A stretch of DNA of 63,558 nt, counting the filler, from Octopus bimaculoides (lineage: Eukaryota): assembly GCF_001194135.2 (NCBI RefSeq). It is 5 parts of 4 records of this genome, joined end to end, with 100 filler letters (N's around TTAATTAATTAA, not from the genome) between each part and the next. Parts side by side here need not be neighbours in the genome. Positions count along the whole stretch, not along the records: positions 36,992 to 59,634 come from NC_068996.1; 4 more parts are not named here. The stretch is one strand, 5' to 3'. The notes below the pieces were generated by a model. The model did not search any database and was not told the DNA's origin. It was given only the letters and a program-made list of their open reading frames with translations. Of this stretch, positions 41,201 through 54,784 are shown in pieces (the stretch's first letter is position 1; the number at the start of each line of letters is the position of its first letter). The translations under genes and the position numbers were made by a program.

Positions 41201-41633
41201 CCCTTCAGCATTTAAATCAGCCCCATCTGGCTCAAATATTCTGCCAGTTTTATGTTCAAAGTGGCCTGATCTGGCCCCTTAACCTAACCTACAATCACAT
41301 CATCAAAATCTTGATAATACAAGATAATGCATCATCATCATCATCATCATCGTTTAACGTCCACTTTCCATGCTGGCATGGGTTGGACGATTTGACTGAG
41401 GACTGGTGAAACCAGATGGCTACACCAGGCTCCAATCAGATGTGGCAGAGTTTCTACAGCTGGATGCCCTTCCTAACGCCAACCACTCCGAGAGTGTAGT
41501 GGGTACTTTTATGTGCCACCGGTACGAAGGCCGGTCAGGCGGTACTGGTAAATTGAAAAACAATCATCATTATCATCATTCAGCATGAATAAATAAACAT
41601 GACATTTAACAGAATAGTCTGAATGCTAAAGGG
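41201..41633 (+). mobile_element. piggyBac-type MITE interrupted by an inverted family D SINE
   Basis: TTAA-CCCTTCAGCATT (41197-41212) ... AATGCTAAAGGG-TTAA (41622-41637). SINE at about 41330-41530 inside. Confidence 0.8.
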
Positions 41634-42978
41634 TTAAGGTTTTGAGAACTAAAATGGTTTCGATCTTAATCTTCTCTTTGCATTTCTTTGTCCTTCTTTA
41701 GTCTTTCACATAATTCTTCTTTCTAATGGAAATCATATATTTGTCTACATTTGTATTACCATTGTATTATGTTGTTGCTAACAAGAGTTATTAATGTCCA
41801 GATATGGATTTTTTCTCCCATATCATATATACATGGTTGTTTCAAAGTTTATTCCTCATTATGTTTAACCCTTCAGTGGCCATATTTCCACTGAAGCATG
41901 ATGTATACTTCAAGGAATTAAAGAAATACTCAAGAATTTGGAGGAATTTATTAAAATAACTAAATTTGCCATTATTGATTTGAAGTGTAGATTTAAAAAG
42001 GGTTTTCTCTATACATAATATTATGGTGGGAGATTGTAATTTAAGTATTTAATATAATTTGATGCATGTTTAACTTAGGGTCAGATTTAGACCTAGTGAT
42101 CCCCCAGACAGTTTGAAGAGGCCCCAAAACTAAGGATCTTGATACATTTTGAAAGATTCAGTTAAATTTAAAGCATTTTTGAATTTGAGGGCTCAATAAT
42201 TTTGAAAGAACTTGATTGGATTAATAAAAAATTTAAACATGTGAAAAATCAATTACAAATTATTTATTTGCTGAAAATATTAAAAAAAAATTTTTGACTT
42301 CAAGCTTTGGACTTCTCTGAATTGAAGGGGCATCCAGGCCATGACTTGCTTTGGTCCACACATAAATCCAGCCCTGCTTGTTATATCAATTTAATTTAAA
42401 CTGAAGAGTTTTGTAATATGGAACCATAATGGGATGGTCTATTATGGGTTTGTATCAAAAGGGTTTGAGTTCCGATTTGATTCAAAAAATTTGATTCCAT
42501 TAATTAATCTTTTCAAGTAAATAAAACAAAGGAGTTATTGAGTCATTGTATAGCATTTTGGAACCTGGTTCCATGGATTACAGAAGTGGGTATTTTGATG
42601 CATCATAATCCAGAGTGGCACCACTCTTTGACAGGACCACTGAATGGTTAGTCTGTCATCAGTCACTATTGCTACTTTCATCTTTCTGCTGCCTTGAACT
42701 CATCTTACATACCGGATGCTGTTCGCTAGAACCAACTAATTCTACAACTCACAACAAGCAGGATGACATCTTAGAGCTTATCTTACTTAGAGAGCTTCTG
42801 ATTATTTTTTTTTGTGAATATTTTGCCTTAGTTTATTTTATTCTTCTTTGATTGCTATCTTAGATACCTCTCAGGAAGAAATATATATTTCCTAAATCAT
42901 TAACCACAGGAAGATGTACATCTTTCATAACATTTATTTTTTTGTTAGCTTTCATTTTTTTAATACCCCACCTCTGTC

Positions 42979-43034
<56 letters not shown>

Positions 43035-44059
43035 NNNNNNNNNNATATATATATATATATATATATATATACGTATAGTAAATGCAGAAATAATTATTTC
43101 AGTAACTTAATGGCATGTAGCTTTTAAAATTTTCCAATTAGTTGTAATATGATATATGCATAAGTGTGTGTGTGTGTATGTACATGTGGGTGTAATTATG
43201 CAAACAATTACGCATGTATATATATATATATATATATATATATGCTCATATGTGCATGCATGTGTGTATGTACATGTGTGTATGAGAATATATATTTTTA
43301 AGAATTCTAGTCAGAAGTGGAAGGGTATTCAGCACAATCTTGTTTTTGGTACTCCTAGACAAGCTGGACGATGGCATAGCTGGGCACAGTTTGTGACACT
43401 CAGATTTTCATTGTCAATCAAACCATCATTTTAGGAAGTGACCCATGAGAGAACGAAACAAAAAGTCTCCTTTGAAAATCATGATCAGTACCCTGATGGA
43501 AGGTAGCAGTGTTATGTGATTGTTGCTGAAGTTATGGCATTAAGGAAAGAACAGGGTGTGGTTGTGGCTGTCATTGTGTATGATGCAAGTGTAATGTGTC
43601 TATAAACGATGATGATGATGACATTGGAGCAGTATGGTTGATGTTCTGTTTTGAACTTCTGTTATTGATGTCTCGGGTAAAATATGTGGGCTGGAAAAGA
43701 ATTCTGAGAGTTATATAGCTCTGAGGAAGAAAGATTAAGTTAAAGGCATTCCATAGTTTTCATAGCAACACAGTTGGAACAACTGTAGTCATTAGGTTGT
43801 AGTGACTGTAGTCGCTGTAGTGATAGATTCTTGCACTGGATGTACTGCATTACTCAGAGGAACAAATGTTAATGTAATAAAGGAGAAAGAAGAAGAAAAA
43901 AAATATATATAATGTTCCCAGTGCTAAGAGTCTGTTGTTAAATAAGTCTTTGTCAATTCACTAAATGGATGTTTGAGGAATAGTGACTACATCACCATCC
44001 CAGATGTGTGAAGAGTATTTTAAAGTGGGTTATATTCAAATATTGTGGAGGGTAAGCAA

Positions 44060-44330
44060 TTGAAGGCATTCTAAAGAGAGCCACCATCTAAACACTCAGT
44101 GAAATCGTCCCAGAGTGAAATTTAAAACTAGCGTTTCATATGCTCTGGCTACCGGAACAATGCCATTCTAAAGCAGCTTTCCTAGAATGCCATTGGCGGG
44201 GGAAAAAGAAAGAGAGGAAGATCAAAAGCTACATGATGCAGAACATTCATAATGGACATAAGATAAGCCTATATCACACAGCTGGATGTAGAGAAAACTG
44301 CAGGAACCAGTGGAGTCAACTTGCTGTCCT
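44060..44330 (+). mobile_element. RTE LINE 3' remnant
   Basis: LKLAFHMLWLPEQCHSK, then GKKKRGRSKAT*CRTF in a shifted frame (RGRPK.TW.R motif). Confidence 0.6.
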
Positions 44331-45562
44331 ACGTACTTGAGAGCACTGGAGGAAAATGTTACTGATCAAAACATCTGATCAAAACAACATTTTGCTTGCC
44401 CTGGAGCTAAAACCTCAAGAAGTCTCATTCAACCCATGCCAGCATGGAAAAGCAGATGTAAAACATAATGACAATGATGATGATGATACCTATTTTCCCT
44501 GACTGGAACAATATGGAAGAATTCTGTAAAAATATTCCTGCTACTGTGTTCTTTCAAGTTATTAGATAGTTCTTCCAAATGTTTTCGTTTTCTCTTAAAT
44601 TCTACCATAACTGTTTGCCTCCACATAATCAACTAACTACAGTTCACTTAGTCTCCATCTTAATTCCACAATATTCAATAATGGGATTACTCTCTTCCAA
44701 TTGTCTATAATTCTCATTTTTTTTCTAGCTCTCCCTCTCTCTTTCTTTCTCTCTAATTATCTTTTAATCTCTCATTCTCTTCAAAATTTCATTCACTTTT
44801 TCTCACTCTCTCTCTTAATCACTTTTCTCTTTCTCAGTCTAATTTTTCTTTAATTCTATTTCTCTCTTGTTACTTCTCTCTCTCTCACTTTTTTAATTAA
44901 TTTTTCTCAATTTTTTCTTTGCTATCTCTGTGTCTGTTTGTCTCTCTCTCTCAATCTCTTGTTCTCTTTTGTTTCCTCCCTCTCTATATCTCTTCTAATC
45001 TTTTGTTCTCTCTCTCTTTGTGTCATACACTCATTCTCTGAATCTCTCTTTCACATGTTTATTATATGAAGCTGTTGAATGAAATAGTCTGTAGAAAACT
45101 CATTGCCATTGTTAGTTCTTCTCAATTGTTGTACGACAGTGCTTTATAGGCTGACATTTCAAAGTCTTAGAATCGAAATAAGGATTCTTTCCTAATTATA
45201 ATGCCAACTTCTACTGGTGATAAAAGAAATATTCATTTATTTTTAGGTCAGTATATCCGTCTAGATTATTGCTTTCCCCAAATCACAGATGTTATACATT
45301 AGTCTTTCTGAATAGAAAAATTGTTGGCAAACAGATGTATGCACTGCAGTTTCTTTCCCATTTGTGTGCACATGCACTTATACACACACACATACACCAC
45401 ACACATTCATATAGACATTCATGCACAGATATAAACATGTACACCCATACCTGTAGAAGTATACACATATGTGTATGTATTAGTTCATCTCTCTCTCTCT
45501 CTATATATATATATATTTAAAAATTTAAGGAATGGAGAAAACACGTTATAATTGCATACTTT

Positions 45563-45648
45563 ATTCCTACATATGTTTCAAAGGATTACAACCTGTATGA
45601 TCCATAGGGATCTGTGATATTAAAATTGTAACCTTCTCTTCAGAGAAT
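45563..45648 (-). ncRNA. Type I hammerhead ribozyme (family H3) downstream of a Penelope-like endonuclease ORF
   Basis: Minus strand ATTCT-CTGAAGA-GAAGGTTACAA...TTGTAATCCTTT-GAAA-CATATG-TA|GGAAT. Palindrome ACATATGT 45569-45576. Inner hairpin GATCC/GGATC. Confidence 0.8.
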
Positions 45649-46262
45649 GCATGGGAATCATCTTAAACGTAAGACAGGCAGAGAGGAAGAAGAATAAGGA
45701 TGAGGAGGAGATGAATGTGGGAGTGCCATGATAGTAGGATGTTAAATGGTCAAGTGCCCTGAAAAAGACTTGTTGTGGACGGTAGTAGTGATTGAATTCT
45801 TGAAACATCTCTTGAATCATCATCATCATCATCATCATCGTTTAACGTCCGCTTTCCATGCTAGCATGGGTTGGACGATTTGACTGAGGACTGGTGAAAC
45901 TGGATGGCAACACCAGGCTCCAATCTGATTTGGCAGAGTTTCTACAGCTGGATGCCCTTCCTAATGCCAACCACTCAGAGAGTGTAGTGGGTGCTTTTAC
46001 GTGTCACCTGCACGTATTGTTTATAATATTTGCATAGGTGTTATTCTAAACAGCAATAGTAGTAAAGAAAAGGTGGTGGAGAGGAAGAAAACGAAAGAGA
46101 GAATAAGGGAATGTAGGTGGTATGATAATAGTAGGATCTTAAATGGTCAAGTGACCTAAAAGTGGCTAAGTTGTGGATTATAGCAGTGATTGGGATTGTT
46201 TTTTTTATGAATTCTTGGGAATCTCTTGAATGTATCATTTTTAATATTTGCGTGTGTTTGCA

Positions 46263-46627
46263 TTATTCTAAGGCCATGGTGCATATGTTGTTTGTTGTAG
46301 ATGCGTTCAAGAGGGGTCTGTATTTTGTAATAAAGAGAATCTCTTTACTAATTTGTTGGCTACAGGTTGTATCTTTCCTGAATTGGTAGAGGGGAAAAAT
46401 TCTGAAGCTTGGATTTTTGTTATTGGCGCAAATGTCTATGTGTTGGCTGAATGCTATTTTCCTGTTTTGAGGAATTTTGATCTGGGATCTGTGCAGAGCC
46501 ATCCTTTTATGTAGACTGTTTTTTTGTTTGGCCTATGTATTGCTTTTGACACCCAGAGCAGGTTAGTGCATATACCAGGTTCTCCGAAGCACATGTGAAG
46601 TTGTTTTCCACTGTGAAACGTCCCTGT
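46263..46627 (-). mobile_element. Penelope-like element, GIY-YIG endonuclease C-terminus
   Basis: NNFTCASENLVYALTCSGCQKQYIGQT (VY...YIG), then HRSQIKIPQNRKIAFSQHIDICA...IFPLYQ...KEILFITKYRPLLN. Upstream part falls in an N gap. Confidence 0.9.
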
Positions 46628-47039
46628 NNNNNNNNNNNNNNNNNNNNNNNNNNNNNNNNNNNNNNNNNNNNNNNNNNNNNNNNNNNNNNNNNNNNNNNNN
46701 NNNNNNNNNNNNNNNNNNNNNNNNNNNNNNNNNNNNNNNNNNNNNNNNNNNNNNNNNNNNNNNNNNNNNNNNNNNNNNNNNNNNNNNNNNNNNNNNNNNN
46801 NNNNNNNNNNNNNNNNNNNNNNNNNNNNNNNNNNNNNNNNNNNNNNNNNNNNNNNNNNNNNNNNNNNNNNNNNNNNNNNNNNNNNNNNNNNNNNNNNNNN
46901 NNNNNNNNNNNNNNNNNNNNNNNNNNNNNNNNNNNNNNNNNNNNNNNNNNNNNNNNNNNAAAGCCGCCAGTGTCAACAGTACTAAATAAGTGTTGTTTGG
47001 GAACAAACCAAGGAAACCACAACTTTCAAGCATGTTTAC

Positions 47040-47095
<56 letters not shown>

Positions 47096-47351
47096 TCTTC
47101 CACCGTCTTGACAACCAGTGCTGGTGTGTTTACATCCCCTTAACCTAGCAGTTCAGCAACAGAGACTGATAGAATAAGTATCAGGTTTATAAAAAAGAAA
47201 GAATAATAAATCCTGGGTGGTGGTGGTGGTGGTCAATTAGTTTGATTAAAAATTCTTCAAGGTGGTGTCCCAGCATGGCCGCAGTCTAATGACTGAAACA
47301 AGTAAAACATAAGAAAAGAAGACATATATTCACGCATGCACGCACGCACGC

Positions 47352-47382
<31 letters not shown>

Positions 47383-48090
47383 ACTTGAACAACTGATCAG
47401 GAAAGCAAATTGTATATAGTATTAACTACAGATATATATATTTGTAACATATTATCCATCAACTCAGATATATATCTATGTTCTCCTTCAATCGGTAGTG
47501 AAAGTGTGCGTTGTTAAAGCCAAAGTCAGAACATTGTGAGAAAAGTTGTGATAAATATAACCTCCGTTGCTGACAAAGGACTTTTTCCTTTTGATTAAAA
47601 GGCAAATTATGCGCTCTTTGATAACAAGATACAGGCACCTCAATGCAGGGCATGTGTGATTTACTGTGCGTTAGAATGCAGGAGCTTTGTGGCGCTGTGA
47701 AAGAAAGTAGACATTAGAGAAATAAACTGTAATGTAAGAGAGATACTTGATACTTGCATATGAGCATAAGATGTGTATGGAAGGTGATGACTGGGTGAAT
47801 AAGTTTCATCTGACCAAAATGGCAGCTTACAGAAGAGGAGATGTGAGAAGTGGTGGTGAAAGCTGAGTTTTAGATATTGAACCTTACACAGATGACAATG
47901 TGCCAGAATAATTGTTGAGATGCTTTGCTGGACCAAACTTACCCAACACATACCAGCATGGAAAAACAATATAATGATGATGATTGCTAAACTTTATGTC
48001 CTCACCATCATTTTAATGTCTATTTCTCCATGCTTGTACACTCCTAAATGATATTATACCTCCAAAACACTATACCTTCTCACCACAATT

Positions 48091-48230
48091 TATAACATTT
48101 TCCATAGTCACCCTAGCTCTATAATACTTTCCATAGTCACCCCAACAGTATAACATGTTCCATGGTCACCTCAGCTGCCTAACATTTTCCATAGTCAGCC
48201 CTACATAAATTAATATTTTCTGTAGTCAAC
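48091..48230. repeat. Degenerate minisatellite, unit of about 29 bp, about 5 copies
   Basis: Units such as tataacattttccatagtcaccctagctc / tataatactttccatagtcaccccaacag / tataacatgttccatggtcacctcagctg. Confidence 0.8.
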
Positions 48231-48500
48231 CTTTACAGTGGTAGACTTGGTTTAGTCATTCAGTTTAGCATCACTCTCTGGCCCATGAATGCCTTTAGTG
48301 GAATGCACTCTATTGCAAACACTCAGATCAGGTTTTGCATCAGCTTCTTTTCTTCCTACACCAGTCAGAGATACCCTAAAAAAAGAGCAATTGGGATGCT
48401 ACTCTTCCTCCTTTGCCATTAAAAGAGAAAGTCTTAAATTTTCCATTGTCATATTCAGTTTTTGGGGGTTTGTTTTCAATGTTTTCCATATACGGTCCTT

Positions 48501-48890
48501 GCGTGGAGGCGCACTGGCCCAGTGGTTAGGGCAGCGGACTCACAGACATAGGATCGCGGTTTCGATTCCCAGACTGGGCGTTGTGAGTGTTTATTGAGCG
48601 AATACACCTAAAGCTCCAAGAGGCTCCGGCAGGAGGTGGTGGCGAACCCTGCTGTACTCTTTCACCACAACATTCTCTCACTCTTACTTCCTGTTTCTGT
48701 TGTGCCTGTAATTCAAAGGGTCAGTCTTGTCACACTGTGTCACGCTGAATATCCCCGAGAACTACGTTAAGGGTACACATGTCTGTGGAGTGCTCAGCCA
48801 CTTGCACGTTAATTTCACGAGCAGGCTGTTCCATTGATCGGATCAACTGGAACCCTTGACGTCGTAAGTGACGGAGTGCCAACAACAACA
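48501..48890 (+). mobile_element. tRNA-derived SINE, family A, full length with target-site duplication
   Basis: Near-identical to 25628-26019. GTCCTTGC duplicated at 48495-48502 and 48891-48898. Confidence 0.85.
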
Positions 48891-49737
48891 GTCCTTGCAT
48901 TTTCATAGTTTACCCTAATAAGTAGAAATTCACTGCAGGGTGAGCAGACGGCAGGAAAATTTCAGATGAAGAACTCCAGATAAGCAATTGCTTTGGCCCA
49001 TTATTTCCTAACACTCTAAGAAAACTGGGCCCACTTAGATCATGACTCCTATAAGTCAATCCTGAATTGTTATAACTCACTCTTAGTTCATCTTTACACT
49101 TCAACAGCATAGTCTTCTGGTGAGGCTTACATTACGACATATTATTTCATATTTTGTTTTTACTTGTTTTAGTCATTAGACTGTGACCATGCTGGGGCAC
49201 CACCTTGAAGAATTTTAGCTGAATGAATCAACCCCTGTACTTTTTTTTTTTAAAAGCCTGGTACCTTATTCAGTCAGTCTGTTTTGCTGAACTGTTAAGT
49301 TATGGGAATATAAACACACCAACACCAGTTGACAAGTGGTAGTAAGGAGACATACACCCCACCACAACCACACGCACAATGGGCTTCTTTCTATCAAATC
49401 CACACACAAGGCTTTGGTTGGCCTGAGGCTGTAGCAGAAGACACTTGCTCAAGGTCCCATGCAGTGGGACTGAACCCAGAACCATGTACTTGGGAAACAA
49501 GCTTCTTATCACACAGCCATGCTTGCATCTACGATAACTATTTCAATTGTTAGCCCTGTACTATAACAACTGTCTCTGTTTTCAGCCCTACACTATGACA
49601 ATAATAGTAAATGACACGGTATATATGATTCTTCTGCTTTTATCACTTCTTCGTTTGTCAACATTTCAGTCCTGTATTTTCACTGTTTCTCTTATATAGA
49701 AATGATTGGTGCAAATTATCGATTTATGCTTCATTGA

Positions 49738-49781
49738 ATGGAGCCGCTGTGCCTTACAATGGAATTATATATTGCATCTTT
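49738..49781 (+). CDS. STIM: Candidate first coding exon of STIM (putative signal peptide, part 1)
   Basis: Acceptor tttcactgtttctcttatatag at 49699. ATG 49738 gives MEPLCLTMELYIAS + TT. Donor |gtgtgt is phase 2 and joins the 56500 exon in frame. No homology support. Confidence 0.35.
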
Positions 49782-50019
49782 GTGTGTGTGTGTGTTTTTT
49801 TTTTATTTCCAGTTCACTTCCAATTTATTTATGGTTTATACGATCTGTTCAACATGCAGTTACTTTTCCTGTGTGTGTGTATGTACATACATGCAAGCAT
49901 GCGTGCCCTCACAAACCCACTCTCACGTCCTCACATGGCCACATGCTCACTTTCACATACATGCAATCACACACATGCTCTCACACATTTTCACACTCAC
50001 ACACTCTCACATATACATG

Positions 50020-50056
<37 letters not shown>

Positions 50057-50145
50057 ACACATACTCTCACACATATATACTCACATGCACACACACATTC
50101 TCGCACACATACTCTCTCTCTCTCTCTCTCTCTCTTTCTCACACA

Positions 50146-50179
<34 letters not shown>

Positions 50180-50592
50180 TTATGCTGAATACTTTCTTGG
50201 TATTGGCAACAAGCATTTAGTTATTGGCATCAGCCATCCCATCTATTAGTTAAACTAGTGTGTAAACAGCTGACTGTTCTACAGAAACATGTATGCTCAA
50301 TATAATCCTCAGTGTTAATCTGCATGACACAATTTGTACCAATGCTGAAGTGCTGTCTATTGATTAGATAGGCTTCAACACTGTTTTCCATCTAGTGGTA
50401 CTCAAAAGGACCGAGTTGACTTGAAGCTATAGTAAAAGATGCTTACTTGACCGTGTTGCTGAAAATAAGATGGAACGCAGGATCTCATGGTTGCAATACA
50501 AACTTTTTAATTACTTTACTATGATTTTATGTGTATGTATACATGCATGCATACACTCAGATACCCACACATATCTGAATGTATGTGTGTGC

Positions 50593-50679
<87 letters not shown>

Positions 50680-51123
50680 AATAAGATTTGGATAAAAAAA
50701 AAAACCTTGTAGAACGCTATGCAAAGCTTGTCCACAGTTATTGGCTACCTGATGTCATTGTGCAGTCGAAACATTTTTGCTACTGGATATACATCAGGAA
50801 TTCCATAGTATCATCTACCTGTCCATCTGCCCAACCTTCCATCCAGCCATCCATTTATCTATATTCACACACGTCTACTCGTACATATACATACGTATGC
50901 ATATTTGTATGCATATACATATGAACTTACTAGTTCCAGTGGCTGGTGTCATGTAAAAAGTACCTGGTATATTCTGTAAAGCAATTAGTGTTAGGAAGGG
51001 CATCAAGATGTAGAAACTATGCAAAAGGTGACATTAGAGTCCGATGCAGTCCTCTGGCTTGCCAGCTCGTGTTGAGGCATCCAACCTATGCCAGAATGGT
51101 AAAGGGATGTTAAATGATGATTA

Positions 51124-51154
<31 letters not shown>

Positions 51155-51156
51155 CT

Positions 51157-51210
<54 letters not shown>

Positions 51211-53058
51211 AATATAAAGAGTTATGCTTACATATTCACTCAGATTCATACAATCAAAGATACATGTAGACATACATACATTGATTTACATAAACAGTAC
51301 ACTCAAAAGATCAGATGTAATGATTCAGGAAAGATAAAAGTGAATGTGCATGGTTGTAGGAATTAGTTGCCTGGCAGATGTTAATGTAATGTTAAGCATA
51401 AAAGAAGAATAAACATCTATGCCAAACTAACGAGAAATCAGATACAACACTGGGACTATAAATTTAGATTTACACCTGTGATTATTAGGACATTTGGTTT
51501 TATAACCGGTCACCTTGGTACCAATTTAGAGGAAGCTGGGCTTCACACAACCAGTCAGGATACAACTAATTAGAAAATTGCAATTACAATCCATTAATGG
51601 AATTGTTACAATATATAAACATTCCAGAGATTTAGCCAGTAGTATGTAAACATGTATATATGTACACAAACAAATGTATATAAGTATAGATGTACATATA
51701 ATATGAATCAAAACACACAAGTGTGTGTGTGTGTGTGTGTGTGTGTATANNNNNNNNNNNNNNNNNNNNNNNNNNNNNNNNNNNNNNNNNNNNNNNNNNN
51801 NNNNNNNNNNNNNNNNNNNNNNNNNNNNNNNNNNNNNNNNNNNNNNNNNATGTATCTGATTACCTAGTTGATGTTTAAATTTCAATGCAAGTACTTTGTG
51901 TGTTTAGGGATTGGTAAGCAGGCTTTATGTTGGTGAGAAGCATGAAAATTAAAACCACATAAGTGCATACATATACATGATTATTGTTTTGTCTTGTCAA
52001 ATGACACCCCTGTCTCATTAACAAGACATCTGTTCATTTCTGAATTACTGTGACATATGTTTGTATGTCGATATGCCACTCTTAAAAGTATCCATAGTTA
52101 AATATCCAGTGACACTCAAGAACAAGATGATTGGAAATGATTTCAACTTGTGATTTCCTATCAGAAGGCCTTTTCCTTCACATTTGCCTATAATGAGATC
52201 TCCACAAGTTCGTATTTTTCTCATCTGGCAGATTTCTTTCTCTTCTAAGTGGTTTTGCTGCATATCTAGATCTCTATCCTCTCCCCGTCCCTCCATTCAT
52301 ACTTTTATATCAGGCCATTTTCAATACTGTGTCCCATCATTTGTTGTTGTCTATTTCTGTGAGGATCAGTTTTCATATTTTTTGTCCAAATCTGTCTTCA
52401 TCCTCCTCTTCCATTTGAATCTGTTATCACTTCTTTTTAGCCAGCGTGAGGATTCATAAAGTCAGATCTCAACCCAATTTCAATGGCACATAAATAACTG
52501 AAATTACAACTCTCCTTCCTGGATGGGACACCAGTCCATTGCAAGGTTAACTTCCTTGTTATTACTGGAATCCATTTACAGCTTAGTGAACTGGAGCAAT
52601 ATTAAATGAAGTATTTTGCTCAAGGATACAAGTCACTACCCAGTCCAAGAATTGAAACCACAATGTTACGATTATGAGAGGATTTCCCTAACCACTAGGC
52701 CACATGCCTTAACAACACTTCTGCATTCATCTGTTATCTTCCATATGTATCACATATCTGCACCAATGAAGTCTTCTCTTATCTACTCCATGTCTAACAA
52801 CTAAATCCTTTCATACTCATTTTATTTCTCAGCTTCTCTGTACCATATTCTTCTTCTATTTGTTTCAGTCATTTGACTGTGACCATGCTGGAGCACCACC
52901 TTTAGTTGAACAAATTGACTCCAAGACTTATTCTTTGTAAGCCTGGTACTTAGTCTATTGGTGTCTTTTGCTGAACTGCTAAGTTTCGGGGATGTAAACA
53001 CACCAACATCGGTTGTCAAACAATGGTGAGGGTACAAATACAAATACATACATATGTA

Positions 53059-53214
<156 letters not shown>

Positions 53215-54784
53215 GGGCTTCTTTCAGTTTCTGTCTACTAAATCCACTCACAAGGCTTTGGTCAATCCGAAGCTTTAGTAGAAGACACTTGCCCAAGGTG
53301 CTGTGCAGTGGGACTGAACCTGGAACCATGTGGTTTTGGGAACCACACAGCCACTCCTGCACCTAAGATTATATACATTCTAACATTATACGTCAAGCAG
53401 GATATGCATGCTTCATTTCTCTCCACCTTTCATGTATTCTCTGCATTCTTTTAAACAATGCTTCACATTATTCACACTGTATTATACAGAATACATTTTA
53501 CCATATGAAATTTAATTCTAACCATCACAGTTGGTATTGACTACACATGCAAACATACACAGATTCTTGGCTGTAAGCTTATAGAAATAAACAAAACAAA
53601 TTTGAGTAATATGTCATAAATAGATCTATACTTATTGCTATCTTTGCGAAAAAAAATATGAAAAAAAAATTACATAGAATTAAATAGGTACAGGCCTGAC
53701 TGTGGTGTTAAATAGCTTGATTTTCAACCATTTGGTTTCAGGTTCAGTCCCATTGCACTGCACCTTAAGCAACTGTCTTCTATTATATTTCTGGACTGAT
53801 TAGGACAAAGTTCCTAATATAAGTTATGTAGACTCATAGTGCTGCTTTCCTGGTTTCTGTGGTGTATGTATTCCCCACCCCCTCCTACACGGGATATCAA
53901 GCCATCACAGGGTTACTCATTTTTACCATCTGAGAGGACTGGAGCAACATGAAATGAAGTGTTTTGCTCAAGAATACTACACATCACTCAGTCCTGTAAT
54001 TGAAACCACAATCTTATGGTCACGAGTTGAACACCCTAACCACTAAGCCATGCATTTCCCTGTGAGTGAATTTGGTAGATGGAAACTGTGTGGAAGCCCA
54101 TCACAGGTGTATGTGTGTTGTGTGTGTATGTTTGTCCCCTCCCTCTCCACCACTTGATAACTTATGCTGCTTTGTTTAGATTCTTGTAACTTAGCAGTTT
54201 GGCAAAAGAGATTGTTAGAACAAGGATTAGACTTTAAAGAATAAGTATTGAGATTGATCTGTTCAACTTAACACTCTGAAGGTAGTGTCCCAGCATGGCT
54301 GCTGTCCAATGACTGAAACAAGTAAAAGGGGGAAAAAAGACAAAAAAAAGACAATGAAATGCATTAATAATGTGAAAATACATGACTAGGGACCGTATAA
54401 CCCTTGGGGGTCCAGATCAGACTTTGTTATTAAGATTAATTTGCATTAATTTTGTTATACTTCTACAATACAAATGTTCTACCATGTTCTAGTTTTCTAT
54501 TCATCTCTCTCTCCCTCTCTGTCACATTCTCTACGCTCCACTTAGTCAAGAGTGGAATGGTTGAGAGGATGTCTATGTTTGTTTGACTACACAGGCACCA
54601 AGAACAATAAGTGAAGACATGGTACAAGAAATCCTAGGTCATTCTAATTTGTGAGTGACTGCTAAGCAAACGAGCAATATTAATTAATTACTGATGTGCT
54701 ACACTGCATGTCTTATGATGTGCTGTAGAATATACTCTGTTGTACAAAATATAGTAATTATTCATTTCTAGTTTTTTTCCCCCC

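Noticed and set aside
47459-47653. Minus-strand ORF MPCIEVPVSCYQRAHNLPFNQ...
   Set aside because: Only a faint resemblance (SC..R.HNLPFN) to Penelope RT C-terminal sequence; not enough to call either a gene or a TE.
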